A stretch of DNA of 64,000 nucleotides, from assembly GCA_963809895.1 (NCBI GenBank), contig CAWELD010000003.1, positions 1,024,001 through 1,088,000 of the forward strand, in the 5' to 3' direction. The translations under genes were made by a program, and so were the position numbers. Within the stretch, counting starts at the first letter, position 1; each line of letters begins with the position of its first letter. Origin of the DNA: an uncultured Gemmatimonadales bacterium. GTDB taxonomy: Bacteria; Gemmatimonadota; Gemmatimonadetes; Longimicrobiales; Gaopeijiaceae. Of the stretch, positions 44,631-54,573 are shown piece after piece. The notes below the pieces were generated by a model, which did no database searches, was not told the origin of the DNA, and was given only the letters and a program-made list of their open reading frames with translations.

Positions 44631-45908
44631 ATGCCCAAGCGCACCACCACGCGCCTCTACACGCGCCAGCAGGGCGGCGAGAATCGCTTCTACGGCGATT
44701 TCCGGGCCTACGCCGACGTAGGGGGCGGCCGGGAGGCTCTGATCCCGGAGGGGCAGCGCCAGGCGACCACGGATCCGGATATCGCGGCCAAGCTCTACGC
44801 CGATCGGCTGAAGGAGCTGGACGCCAAGCGCCGGAACCGTCACCTCCACGGGGTCCTGAAGGAGACCGACCTCGGACCCTACGCCGAGTATCACCTGCAG
44901 CAGAAGGCCCGGGACCGGGACGCCACGGAGCGGTGGCTCAAGATGGAGGAGCGCCACCTGCGGGACGCCGTCGCCTTCTTCGGGACCAGCACCGGACTCG
45001 CAGCGATCAGCCCGGAGGAGTGCACCCGGTGGGTCGAGGAGCTCCGCCACCAGGACAACGGCCGCGGGGGGACCCTGTCGGAGACGAGCATCCGGAAGCG
45101 GCTCAACACCCTCTCGAACCTCTTCCGCCGCGCGGTGAGCGAAGGGTACGTCCACCGGAACCCCGTGGCGGACATGTACTCGAAGCCCACGGAGGAGCGC
45201 CGGGAGGCGGACTACCTCGAGCCGGAGGAGGCCGCGCTGCTCCTCGAGTCGGCGCGGACGTACCGGGCGCCCGTGGACGATGGCGCGTTCCCGTACATGT
45301 ATCCGCTGCTGGCCACCTTCCTCCTCACCGGCGGCCGGAAGTCGGAGGTCCTGGGCCTCGAGGTGGACGACGTGAGCCTCCGCCTGGGCAAGGTCTACAT
45401 CCGGCCGAACGACTGGCGCCGGCTCAAGACGCGGGGCAGCAAGCGGACCGTCCCACTCTGGCCGCAGCTCGAGGAGATCCTCCGGGCCTACCTGGTGGAG
45501 CGGGAACGCTCGGGCGGGCTCGGCCGGCTCCTCTTCCCTTCGGCCCGGGGTGAGGGCGAGAGCCTCATCCGGGACGTGCGGAAGGCCCTGGACCACATTG
45601 CGGTCCGCGCGGGCTTCCAGAAGGGCGCCGTCCGCCTCCACCAGCTCCGGCACACGTACACGGCGGCCCGGCTCCAGACGTGCGACCGGGGTCGGCCCGT
45701 GGCCCTTTACACGGTCGCCCGCGAGCTCGGGCACTCCGGCACCGCCATGATCGAGGACCGCTACGGCCACCTCCACGACCGCGTGGAAGCCGGCGGCACG
45801 GAGGTAGTGGAGTTCCGGGTGGAGGCCTGGAGGGAGCGTCTCGGCGAGCGACTCACCGCCCTCGAGCAGCGAGCCAACGCCGGCGACGTCACCGACGCGG
45901 AGGGCTGA
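44631..45908 (+). CDS. Tyrosine recombinase (integrase)
   Basis: TGGRKSE, LKT, HQLRHT, LGH..MIEDRYGH catalytic residues; adjacent to the att/tRNA. Confidence 0.95.
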   Translation: MPKRTTTRLYTRQQGGENRFYGDFRAYADVGGGREALIPEGQRQATTDPDIAAKLYADRLKELDAKRRNRHLHGVLKETDLGPYAEYHLQQKARDRDATERWLKMEERHLRDAVAFFGTSTGLAAISPEECTRWVEELRHQDNGRGGTLSETSIRKRLNTLSNLFRRAVSEGYVHRNPVADMYSKPTEERREADYLEPEEAALLLESARTYRAPVDDGAFPYMYPLLATFLLTGGRKSEVLGLEVDDVSLRLGKVYIRPNDWRRLKTRGSKRTVPLWPQLEEILRAYLVERERSGGLGRLLFPSARGEGESLIRDVRKALDHIAVRAGFQKGAVRLHQLRHTYTAARLQTCDRGRPVALYTVARELGHSGTAMIEDRYGHLHDRVEAGGTEVVEFRVEAWRERLGERLTALEQRANAGDVTDAEG

Positions 45909-45925
45909 GAAGCCCCCCTTTTTTT
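45899..45925 (+). terminator. Intrinsic terminator after the integrase
   Basis: GGGCT-GAGA-AGCCC stem followed by T7. Confidence 0.65.
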
Positions 45926-45932
45926 CGCCGTT

Positions 45933-45963
45933 CGTGGGCACTGATTCTGACACTGCCGCCCAC
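45933..45963 (+). repeat. Putative integrase arm-type binding site
   Basis: 29/31 identical to 29849-29879. Confidence 0.75.
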
Positions 45964-46028
45964 CGTACCCTCGAACTGAACGAGCCCGGCAAGGCCGCAA
46001 AGCCTTACCGGGTCTCGTTTTACTCCAG

Positions 46029-46101
46029 AGCGGGCGACCGGGCTCGAACCGGCGACCCTCAGCTTGGGAAGCTGATGCTCTACCAACTGAGCTACGCCCG
46101 C
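46029..46101 (-). tRNA. tRNA-Gly (CCC)
   Basis: GCGGGCGTAGCTCAGTTGGTAGAGCATCAGCTTCCCAAGCTGAGGGTCGCCGGTTCGAGCCCGGTCGCCCGCT cloverleaf. Confidence 0.97.
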
Positions 46102-46176
46102 GTGGAGTGAATAATCTCCCAGCGTGGGGGCCGGGTCAAGCGGACCCGGTCCCCCCTGCGGGCGGCTCGAATCAGG

Positions 46177-47634
46177 TCACATGGTCTGCAGCGTGTAACC
46201 GTAGCCCGCCACCACCTGGTCGCTGTCCCACTCGGCCTGGAAGGCGGACGTGGCGTCGGCAGCAGGCGCCTGCACCGTCACGTCCTTGGTGCCGATGGCG
46301 GTTCCGGCGTCGTCGTAGAACGAGAAGTGGAGCGTCACGCTCGTGCCCTGGTCCAGCGACACGTTGCGGATCTGGCCGGAGATGATGCCGCCGCCCTCGC
46401 GGTAGCGCTGAAGCTGGAGGTTCTCCACCAGAACGGGCAGGGCCTCGATCTTCTCCACCAGGTCCCGCGCGGTGTCGTCGTCACCGGTCTTGCTGGCCAC
46501 CTGCGCCCGGATCAGGTAGGCGTTCCTGTTGTTGGGATCGAGCTGCAGCCAACGGTCCGCGGCAGTCTTGAGCTCGTCCAACGACATGGCCGGCATGCTG
46601 TCGGCGTGCGCAAGCTGGATCGAGCGCGCCCACATCTCCACCGCGTCGCGGTCATTGACCGATGCCTCGGCGGCCTTCTTGAACGCGTCGGTGGCACCGT
46701 CGTAATCGTCCATCTGGTACAGACCCACGCCGACCTGGTAGTAGTCGCTGGCCCTCAGGTTCGGACGCCGCAGGATCTGCGCATACATGGCAGCGGCCGA
46801 ATCCGGCTGCTCCATCTGCAGATAAACCGTGGCCAGGTTCCTCATGTACGTGAGGTTGTCCGGATCGTCGGCCAGGAGACTGCGCAGCGCCTGTACGGCA
46901 CCCCGGTAGTCGCCGGACTGCATGAGCGCCTGAGCGATATAGGCAGGAATCTGCTCGCCCTGCTCGCGCCAGTTGGCCGCCGTGGCGGAATCCATCTGCT
47001 CGGTGCGGTCCGACTGGATGATCTCCAGCGCCGCGCGCAGGTTCTCCAGCGACTTGTCCCACTCGCCGAGCTGCTGGTAGATCTGGCCCAGCGTCACCAT
47101 CACCTCGGGGCGCCCGCGGTAGATGGCATTCGCCTCCTCGAAGATGTTCACCGCCTGCTCGTACTGCCCCGAGTTCACCAGCGGCACCGCCTGCTGATAG
47201 AGCTGGAGCCAGGCACGCTCGCGGCGGGATTCCGTCTCGAGCGTGTAGACGGGACGCAGCGTTTCGGCCTTGGTCAGCGCCGTGTCGGCCTTGAAGTAGT
47301 CACCGAGCCCGATGTAGGCGATCCCCTGCTGATACCAGGGCAGCGGGTTGGTGGGGTCTTCGTTGATGGACTGCTGCGCGGACTGCACCGCGGCCTGATA
47401 CTCGGGCCGGGCAGCGTCGGGAGACTCGGCGTCCTGCGCCGCCTGGATGTGATTGGCGGCGGCGCGGGTGTTCTCGTCCTGTCGAGGGCTCTCACCCTGG
47501 GCCAACGTCTCGGCACCCGGCAAGGGGCTGCTGGTCGACGTGCTGCCGGCGGGCGAGCCGCCTCCCCCGGACGCGCACGCGCCCGCGAAGACAGCCAGCG
47601 AACCGGCCAGAACGAGACCGATACGGAGCTTCAT
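46177..47634 (-). CDS. TPR-repeat lipoprotein with FxLYD-like C-terminal domain
   Basis: AGAC lipobox, TPR pattern, GQIRN..FSFYDDAG. Confidence 0.78.
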   Translation of the reverse strand: MKLRIGLVLAGSLAVFAGACASGGGGSPAGSTSTSSPLPGAETLAQGESPRQDENTRAAANHIQAAQDAESPDAARPEYQAAVQSAQQSINEDPTNPLPWYQQGIAYIGLGDYFKADTALTKAETLRPVYTLETESRRERAWLQLYQQAVPLVNSGQYEQAVNIFEEANAIYRGRPEVMVTLGQIYQQLGEWDKSLENLRAALEIIQSDRTEQMDSATAANWREQGEQIPAYIAQALMQSGDYRGAVQALRSLLADDPDNLTYMRNLATVYLQMEQPDSAAAMYAQILRRPNLRASDYYQVGVGLYQMDDYDGATDAFKKAAEASVNDRDAVEMWARSIQLAHADSMPAMSLDELKTAADRWLQLDPNNRNAYLIRAQVASKTGDDDTARDLVEKIEALPVLVENLQLQRYREGGGIISGQIRNVSLDQGTSVTLHFSFYDDAGTAIGTKDVTVQAPAADATSAFQAEWDSDQVVAGYGYTLQTM

Positions 47635-47682
47635 CCCAAAATCCTCCTTGATCGCGCAAAACATCGTGGACAGTCTTGAAAT

Positions 47683-49113
47683 TTAGGTTTGTCCACCACC
47701 GTGGTCAAACCGTGCCGGCCCCTCGGCTCGACGGATACGGCTCATCACTTCTTCCCTTCCCAGAACGTGCATGATCCGGGCCAGGTCGGGCCCGTGCTCC
47801 TCACCCGTGAGCGCGAGGCGCACCGGGTGGAAGAGCGCCGGGCCCCGCGCGCCGACGGCCTTGCCCCCGGCTCGCACCGCCGCTCCCAGGGCGCCGGGCT
47901 CCCAATCCTCCAGCGCCTCGAGCTCGGCTGCCACCGCCGCCAGCACCTGCACCGCTTCGGGCCGCTCGGCGAGGGCTTCCCTCCCCTTCGCTGCAGCCTG
48001 CGCATCCGGACGCATCAAAGGAAGATACTGGTCGATCTCCCCGAAGGCGCCCAGGCGCGTGCGGAGCGCTTCGACGGCCGAGAGCAGCTGGTCGTCGTCC
48101 AATCCATATCGCGCCTGGTCTACGTACGGCCGGACCCCCTGGATCATGTCTTCCAGCGACAGGCGCGCCATGTGCTGCTCCGCCACCCAGTGGAGTTTGT
48201 CGGGGTCGTAGGCGGTGTCGCTGGCGCCCACGCGCTCCAGCGAGACGCGCTCGACCAACTCCTCAGGGGTGAGGATCTCCTCGCCCTCGGCGTCCGACCA
48301 GCCCAGCAGGCTGAGGTAGTTCACCAGCGCCGCCGGCAGATATCCCGCCTCGCGATACGACGCCACGGAGGTCGCCCCGGCCCGCTTGGACAACTTGCCG
48401 CCCTCGGGGTCCAGCACCGTGGGAAGATGGGCGAACACCGGCCGAGGCCCGCCCAGCGCGTCGAACAGCAGCGCCTGCCGAGGCGTGTTGGAAAGATGGC
48501 CCGCCCCCCGGATCACGTGGGTGATCTTCATGGCCAGATCGTCGACCACCACCCCGAAATTGTAGGTGACCCGGCCATCGGTGCGACGCAGGACGAAGTC
48601 GTCGATCTCGTCGGCGGCCACGGTGACGGCGCCTCGCACCGCGTCCTCCACGGTCACCTCTCCTTCCGTGGGCGCGGCGTAGCGCAGCACGTGGGGCTCA
48701 CCCGAAAGTGCGCGGTGCGCGGCCTCGGACTGGCGCAGGTCACGGCACGGATCGGGCCCCCGGTCCCAGGCGTCCCCCTCTCCCTCGCCGCAGAAGCAAC
48801 GAAAGGCGAAGCCGTCGGCCAGGAGCCGGTGGAGCGCGGCTTCGTACACGGCGCTCCGCTGCGATTGGCGGTACGGCGCGAAGCGACCTCCCACGTCGGG
48901 CCCCTCATCCCAGGCGAGGCCCAGCCAGCGCAGGTCCTCCATCAGGGCCTCTTCGGACCCGGGCTGGTTCCGCTCGACATCGGTGTCCTCGAGCCGCAGC
49001 ACGAAGGCACCGCCGTGATGCCGCGCGAAGAGCCAGTTGAAGACCGCCACCCGGACGTTGCCCAGGTGGAGGAGCCCCGTCGGACTCGGCGCGAAGCGCG
49101 TGCGCACGCTCAC
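47683..49113 (-). CDS. gltX: Glutamate--tRNA ligase
   Basis: RFAPSPTG, HLGN, THVIRG, KLSKR, anticodon-binding domain. Confidence 0.93.
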   Translation of the reverse strand: MSVRTRFAPSPTGLLHLGNVRVAVFNWLFARHHGGAFVLRLEDTDVERNQPGSEEALMEDLRWLGLAWDEGPDVGGRFAPYRQSQRSAVYEAALHRLLADGFAFRCFCGEGEGDAWDRGPDPCRDLRQSEAAHRALSGEPHVLRYAAPTEGEVTVEDAVRGAVTVAADEIDDFVLRRTDGRVTYNFGVVVDDLAMKITHVIRGAGHLSNTPRQALLFDALGGPRPVFAHLPTVLDPEGGKLSKRAGATSVASYREAGYLPAALVNYLSLLGWSDAEGEEILTPEELVERVSLERVGASDTAYDPDKLHWVAEQHMARLSLEDMIQGVRPYVDQARYGLDDDQLLSAVEALRTRLGAFGEIDQYLPLMRPDAQAAAKGREALAERPEAVQVLAAVAAELEALEDWEPGALGAAVRAGGKAVGARGPALFHPVRLALTGEEHGPDLARIMHVLGREEVMSRIRRAEGPARFDHGGGQT

Positions 49114-50942
49114 GAGCGCCCCAGGTAGGTGAGGATGCGAGCCGCCAGCACCTCGCTGAAGCCCGGCACGCGGGCGATCTCGTCCGACGTCGCCCGGCGC
49201 ACGCCGGCCAGCGATCCGAAGCGGGTCAGGAGCGCCTGCTGACGGCGGGGGCCGATGCCGGGGATGTCACCCAGATCACTCCGGATCGTGCGCTTGCGGC
49301 GGAGCTTGCGGTTGTAGGTCACGGCGAAGCGATGGGCCTCGTTGCGGATGCGTTGCAGCAGATGGAGCGCCCGGTCCCGGCGGTCCAGTAGCACCGGCTC
49401 CGGTCGGTTCGGAAGAAACACTTCCTCCTCGCGCTTGGCCAGGGCCAGGAGTTGGACGTCCCCCAGACCCAACTCCTCCAACGCCTGACGGGCCGCACCG
49501 AGCTGTCCCTTGCCACCGTCGATCACCGCCAGGTCCGGAAGCGGCTTGTCCTCGTCCAGTCGGCGCCTGAAGTAGCGGGTCACGGCCTCGTGCATGGAGC
49601 GATAGTCGTCGTTCCCCCAGTCTCCCTTGATGCGCATGTGCCGGTACTCACCCTTGCGTGGCTCCCCGTTCTCGAAGACCACGGCGCTGGCCACGGTCTC
49701 GGTTCCCTGCGTGTGCGAGATGTCGAAGCACACCATGAGACGGGGGACCACCTTCAGGTCCAGGTGCTCCTGCAGGTCGAAGAGCGCCTCGTCGGCACGA
49801 TCGGCGGCCACCGCCAGCCCCGCCACCCGGTCCTCCAGGCCGTGGCGGGCGTTGGTCCCCGCCAGCTCCACCAGGCGCCGCTTCTCGCCCCGCACCGGCA
49901 CGTGGGTCACCACCTTGCGGCCCGCGGCCTCGCCCAACACCTCCTCCAGGGTCTCCCGGTCCGGGAACTCTCCCGGCAGCAGGATCTCGCGAGGAAGATC
50001 CGCCGTCCCCGCCGCTCCACGCCCCAGGTAGTACCGGGTGGCGAAGGCCGCCAGCAGATCGGCGTCGTCCTCGTCCAGGATCTGGCTGAAGCGGAGCGTG
50101 TCGCGCCCCAGCAGGAGCCCGCGGCGCACGCGCAGCACCACGCCCACCGCCAGCTCGCCGTCCCGGGCCAGCCCCACCACGTCGTGGTCGCCGCCCCCGA
50201 CGCGGTGCACCCGCTGCTCCCGGGACAGGGCATCCAGGCCCTGGACCACGTCGCGCATGCGCGCGGCCCGCTCGAAGTCCAGCGCTTCCGAGGCCTCCTT
50301 CATGCGTTCTTCCACCTCGCCGCGCAGGCTCTCGGTGTCACCCTCGAGGATGCGCACGATCTCGTCGATCATGGCCCGGTAGTCGGCCTCGGACTGGAGT
50401 CCCACGCAGGGCGCCTTGCAGCGCCCGATGTGGTAGTCGAGACAGGGGCGATCCGGGGCCTCGTCGGGCAGGTCGTAGCGGCACGAGCGCACGGTGTAGA
50501 GACGCTTCACCACCTCCAGCGCCGCCCGCATGTTGCCTACCGAGGTGTAGGGCCCGAAATAGCGGGCTCCGTCGTTGCGCACCTGCCGGGTCACGTAGAC
50601 CCGCGGAAAGGGCTCCTGCACCGTCACCTTGATGTACGGATAGCGCTTGTCGTCGCGGAGCTGGACGTTGAAACGCGGCCGGTGCTCCTTGATCAGGTTG
50701 GCTTCGAGAATCAGCGCTTCGGCCTCGGAGCCCACCACCAACGTCTCCAGATCGGCGACCCTGCGTACCAGCTCGCGGGTCTTCACGGAGTGGGAGGCGT
50801 CGGACCGGAAGTAGCTCCGCACCCGGGCCCGCAGGCTCTTCGCCTTGCCCACGTACAGGATCTCGCCGCGGGCGTCCCGGAAGAGGTAGACGCCCGGACG
50901 CCGGGTCAGGGCGTCCAGTCGGTCCTGGAGCGTATCGGCCAT
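49110..50942 (-). CDS. uvrC: Excinuclease ABC subunit C
   Basis: GIY-YIG (PGVY, YVGKA), FDISH, DGGKGQ, RNEAHRFA, HhH. Confidence 0.96.
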   Translation of the reverse strand: MADTLQDRLDALTRRPGVYLFRDARGEILYVGKAKSLRARVRSYFRSDASHSVKTRELVRRVADLETLVVGSEAEALILEANLIKEHRPRFNVQLRDDKRYPYIKVTVQEPFPRVYVTRQVRNDGARYFGPYTSVGNMRAALEVVKRLYTVRSCRYDLPDEAPDRPCLDYHIGRCKAPCVGLQSEADYRAMIDEIVRILEGDTESLRGEVEERMKEASEALDFERAARMRDVVQGLDALSREQRVHRVGGGDHDVVGLARDGELAVGVVLRVRRGLLLGRDTLRFSQILDEDDADLLAAFATRYYLGRGAAGTADLPREILLPGEFPDRETLEEVLGEAAGRKVVTHVPVRGEKRRLVELAGTNARHGLEDRVAGLAVAADRADEALFDLQEHLDLKVVPRLMVCFDISHTQGTETVASAVVFENGEPRKGEYRHMRIKGDWGNDDYRSMHEAVTRYFRRRLDEDKPLPDLAVIDGGKGQLGAARQALEELGLGDVQLLALAKREEEVFLPNRPEPVLLDRRDRALHLLQRIRNEAHRFAVTYNRKLRRKRTIRSDLGDIPGIGPRRQQALLTRFGSLAGVRRATSDEIARVPGFSEVLAARILTYLGRS

Positions 50943-50965
50943 GGTGGGCGTGCTGAAAGCGGACG

Positions 50966-52588
50966 TCAGCGCCGGAGCAGGCGCCGGAGGCCGACGCTGA
51001 CACCCAGGGCGCGGGCGACGGCCAGGTATGCTACCCCGAAGCATCCCGCCGTTCCCGCCGCCGCCAGGGGCCCCGCGAGCCGGTCGGGAGCCAGTCCCCG
51101 CACCGGCGCCTCGAGCCAGGTCCGGAAGGCCAACGCCACGGCAACGCCCACGGCCGCCGCCAGGAGCAGCCGCGCCAGATGCCCGGGCCGAGCCCCGTGG
51201 GCGCCGAGACGTCCCTTCAGACGGCTCCTGAGCAGCCCGTACTCGAGCCAGGCCCCCACCGAGGCGCCCAGCGCGAGCCCCGCGGCGCCGAAATGAAGAT
51301 CCCCCACGCCGTAGCGATCCAGGGGGAACATGAGCACGGCGCCGATGGCCAGAGACACGAACACCCGCAGGGTGGCCACCCGGGCCGGTGTGCCGGTGTC
51401 GCGCATGGCGAAGTACGCCGACGACAGGGTGCGGGAGCTCCCGCTGGCCAGGAGTCCCAGGGCGTAGGCCGCCAGCACGGCCCACACCACGCGGGTGTCC
51501 GCCGCTCCGAAGGCGCCCCGCTGATAGAGCGCCTCCACCAGGACGTCGCCGAAGGCCAGGTACGCCACCGCCGACGGCACCAGGAAGAAGGACACCCGTT
51601 CCAGCGCAGCTCGCACGCGCGCCGCCAGGAGGTGGGATTCGGCCCGGTGCTGCCGGGAGAGCTCCGGCAGCTCCGAGGCGGCGACAGCCGTTCCGAACAG
51701 CGAGATCGGCAGCACGTAGAGCGTCTGGGCGCGGGCCAGCGAGGTGACCGCGCCCTCCACCAGGAGCGCCGCCAGGAAGGCGTCCAGGAGCGCGGACAGG
51801 TTCACCACGCCCCGGGCCGCCACCACCGGCAGAAAGTTGCGAATCGCCTCCCGCACCCCCGCCACCCGGGTGCTCACGGACAGGCGGAAGTGGCCGAGCA
51901 GCGGCCACAGGAAGGGCACCTGCACCCCGAGCTGCAGGACGCCTCCCACCAGGGCGCCCCACGCCACCATCACCACGAGGTCGGCGTCGCGGCCGGCCCC
52001 CCGGAGCCCCATGAACGAGCCCGCCGCCACCGCGGCGGCGATGATGGCCAGGTTCCAGGCCACCGGCGCCACGTACGAGATGAAGAAGCGGCGGTGTGTG
52101 TTGAGCACGCCCAGGGCCCAGGCCGATACCGCCATGGTGGCGGTCATGGGCAGCAGGATGCGTACGACCGTGATCAGCAGGCGCTGGTATTCGGGCTCCA
52201 GCTCGAAGAAGACCACCGGGATGAGGATCGGCGCCAGCAGCATCCCCACCAGCGCGATGCCGTAGGCCAGCGTGGCCACCAGCCCGAGGGCGGCGCCGGC
52301 GAAATGCCCGGCCTCCTCCTCCCTGCCCTCTTCCAGAAAGCTCGCGTACACCGGGATGAAGGACGCCGACAGGGTGCCTTCGCCCAGGAGGTACTGGATG
52401 ATGTTCGGGGTGCGCAGCCCCAGATACCAGATGTCCGCGGTGCGGCTGGTCCCCAGGTACGCGGCCAGCACGGCGTCGCGCACGTAGCCCGCGACGCGGC
52501 TGAGAAAAATGCCCGCGCCGACCCACCAGGCGGCGCGGGCACTTCCGCTGGCGGCGGTGCCCTCAGCGACGTCCTTCGTGGTCCTCAC
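50966..52588 (-). CDS. murJ: Lipid II flippase MurJ
   Basis: SRVAGYVRD, GEGTLSASFIP, LYQRGAF, DTGTP. Confidence 0.93.
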   Translation of the reverse strand: MRTTKDVAEGTAASGSARAAWWVGAGIFLSRVAGYVRDAVLAAYLGTSRTADIWYLGLRTPNIIQYLLGEGTLSASFIPVYASFLEEGREEEAGHFAGAALGLVATLAYGIALVGMLLAPILIPVVFFELEPEYQRLLITVVRILLPMTATMAVSAWALGVLNTHRRFFISYVAPVAWNLAIIAAAVAAGSFMGLRGAGRDADLVVMVAWGALVGGVLQLGVQVPFLWPLLGHFRLSVSTRVAGVREAIRNFLPVVAARGVVNLSALLDAFLAALLVEGAVTSLARAQTLYVLPISLFGTAVAASELPELSRQHRAESHLLAARVRAALERVSFFLVPSAVAYLAFGDVLVEALYQRGAFGAADTRVVWAVLAAYALGLLASGSSRTLSSAYFAMRDTGTPARVATLRVFVSLAIGAVLMFPLDRYGVGDLHFGAAGLALGASVGAWLEYGLLRSRLKGRLGAHGARPGHLARLLLAAAVGVAVALAFRTWLEAPVRGLAPDRLAGPLAAAGTAGCFGVAYLAVARALGVSVGLRRLLRR

Positions 52589-52862
52589 CCTCGGGCAGCG
52601 CCTCGGGAGCCGAATCCCCGCCGGCGCGCTCCGTCAGGAGCTTGTGCAGGAACTGGCTCTCTTCGTCGAGGCGCTGGAGCTCCGAGCCGAGACGCTCCAC
52701 CTCCCCCTCGAGAAACGCCATGCGCTCGGACGTGAGGTCGTCCATGCCCTCGAGACCCTTCCGCTCCAGGCGCTGCGCCAGCGCGCGCCCGAGCTGTGAG
52801 TCGAGCACGATGGCCAGGATGGGAATCAGCAGGACGACGAGAATGATGATCTGCCACACCAT
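52563..52862 (-). CDS. Hypothetical TM plus coiled-coil protein
   Basis: N-terminal TM, then LEGEVERL..EESQFLHKLL. Confidence 0.65.
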   Translation of the reverse strand: MVWQIIILVVLLIPILAIVLDSQLGRALAQRLERKGLEGMDDLTSERMAFLEGEVERLGSELQRLDEESQFLHKLLTERAGGDSAPEALPEGEDHEGRR

Positions 52863-52871
52863 GGCGGAAAC

Positions 52872-54482
52872 CTATCCCCGGGGCTGCGAGAGCGGCAATG
52901 CCGCTCGAAAGCGCGCGTGGAGCTCGCCGACGAGCTCGCCCCCGTAGCGCGCCAGATAGTACAGGGGATTGAAGACCCGCTCCTGGGGCTTGCCCTCGGG
53001 AAAGAGGTGCAGATGGGCCTTCTCCAACTGCTGCAGCGCGATCTCGTTCTCACGCTTCACGGCCTGCACGATCTTCTTCTCCACCTCGCCCAGGGCGTCG
53101 AAGGTGACGCTGCGCACGTGCTGGATGGGCCCCTTGAGCGTGGGATCCACGTCGCGGGCCGCTTCGGTGAGCCCCTGCGTGCCCCGGGCCACGGCACCCC
53201 GCAGCTCCCCGAGCGCCTTCTGCACGTCGGCGGGCACCTCGTCGCGGGCGATCTCGCCGGCGAGCTCGTGGAAGGGACGGTCCAGCGCCTCCACCTCCAG
53301 GTCGAACTTGTCCAGCACCTTGCGGATCTTGGACTCCACGGCGGTGGCGCCCAGGCGGGGCACCACCACCGGCATCCCCACGTCCAGGGCCCGGAAGAGG
53401 GGCTCGAGCTCGGCGAAATACGCCAGCTCGCCGGGCCCGGCCACATAGGCCAGGGTAGGAAAGACGTGACTCTCCACCACCGGCCGCAGAAGCACGTTGG
53501 GGCTCAGGACCGATGGGTCCTCGTCTACCCGCTGGACGATCTCGTCGCGCGTGAGGTGCAGCTCCGAGTGCCGGAGCCGGAACCCCTCGCCGTCCCGGTA
53601 GACGCGCTCACGGGCCGCCGGACCCTCGAGGAACAGGTTCACCCCCTCGTCGAGGATGGGCACCTGGGCGTGGTAACCCGCCGCCTCCAACTCCTCCGCG
53701 CGCCGGCGAAGCGCAGCTTCATGGCCCGCCGCCCCGTCCAGCTCGGCCAGCAGAAGCGACGTGGACAGCCGCTTCAGCGCCGGCGCGTGGGCCTGGACGA
53801 AGAGCATGCCCGTAGGCTCCAACAGGTGCGCCAGGAGCTGCTCGAAGCCCGACGGGAGCGTGGCATCGGGCGTGTAGGCTTCTCGAAGAAGCTCGAGATA
53901 AGGAGCGCTAAAGTCCGTGTCAGGAAGTAGTTCCGTACATCGCTCGATGACGCCGGCGATCCCCTCGCCCAGGGGGAGCCGATGCAGCGGTCGGTCGCCG
54001 GACCCCGCGACAGCCGGCACCTCCAACCGGTGGAGCTCGTTGTCCATCCCCACGAGCCAGGTGTGGTCCGTCTCGGCCCAGTCGTGGTCCTCGGACGCGG
54101 TCCAGAACAGCGGCGCCACCGGCGCGTCCAGGACCTCCTCCAGCGCGTCGGCCAAGGCCGCCGCCGTGAGGGCCTTGTAGAGGCTGTAGAGCGGCCCCCC
54201 GAAGAGCCCGGGCTGCTGGCCGGTGGTGACCAGGTAGCCCTTTCCCTGTCGGAGGGCCTCCAGCCGGGTGCGAGCCTTGTCGCCCGGCGCCGTGACGGCC
54301 TCGATCCAGGCGGTACGCGCGCTCGCGTCGAAGCGGGCGTCCACCTCGGCGGCCTTGCGGCGGTAGGCCCCGGCATCCCGGTGATCCCAGGTGAAGAACG
54401 ACATCGCCGTGTCGGCGCCCTCCAGGAGGTCGCGGACCAGGTCCGATCCGGCGGGATGCCGGACACGAAGCTCCAGATTCAG
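52872..54482 (-). CDS. bshC: Bacillithiol biosynthesis cysteine-adding enzyme BshC
   Basis: TGQQPGLFGGPLY, SEDHD, SPNVLLRP, GPGELAY, PQERV; start either CTG 54482 or ATG 54404. Confidence 0.9.
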   Translation of the reverse strand: MNLELRVRHPAGSDLVRDLLEGADTAMSFFTWDHRDAGAYRRKAAEVDARFDASARTAWIEAVTAPGDKARTRLEALRQGKGYLVTTGQQPGLFGGPLYSLYKALTAAALADALEEVLDAPVAPLFWTASEDHDWAETDHTWLVGMDNELHRLEVPAVAGSGDRPLHRLPLGEGIAGVIERCTELLPDTDFSAPYLELLREAYTPDATLPSGFEQLLAHLLEPTGMLFVQAHAPALKRLSTSLLLAELDGAAGHEAALRRRAEELEAAGYHAQVPILDEGVNLFLEGPAARERVYRDGEGFRLRHSELHLTRDEIVQRVDEDPSVLSPNVLLRPVVESHVFPTLAYVAGPGELAYFAELEPLFRALDVGMPVVVPRLGATAVESKIRKVLDKFDLEVEALDRPFHELAGEIARDEVPADVQKALGELRGAVARGTQGLTEAARDVDPTLKGPIQHVRSVTFDALGEVEKKIVQAVKRENEIALQQLEKAHLHLFPEGKPQERVFNPLYYLARYGGELVGELHARFRAALPLSQPRG

Positions 54483-54573
54483 GGGGTCCTCCTCGAGATG
54501 GGGCGCCCCGGGGGACGCCGTCGCGTGCTGTCCGGCGAGGTAATCACCCGGACGCGTCGGAAGTTCCGCCGGC

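Larger units (their letters stand above)
29708..46072. mobile_element. Integrative element in tRNA-Gly(CCC); phage-satellite (PICI-like) organisation
   Basis: 49-bp flanking direct repeats, tyrosine integrase next to the tRNA, AlpA, helicase, iterons, TerS-like gene, no capsid or tail genes. Confidence 0.88.

Noticed and set aside
29708..46072. Complete prophage or ICE
   Set aside because: No large terminase, portal, capsid, tail, lysis, relaxase or T4SS genes recognised
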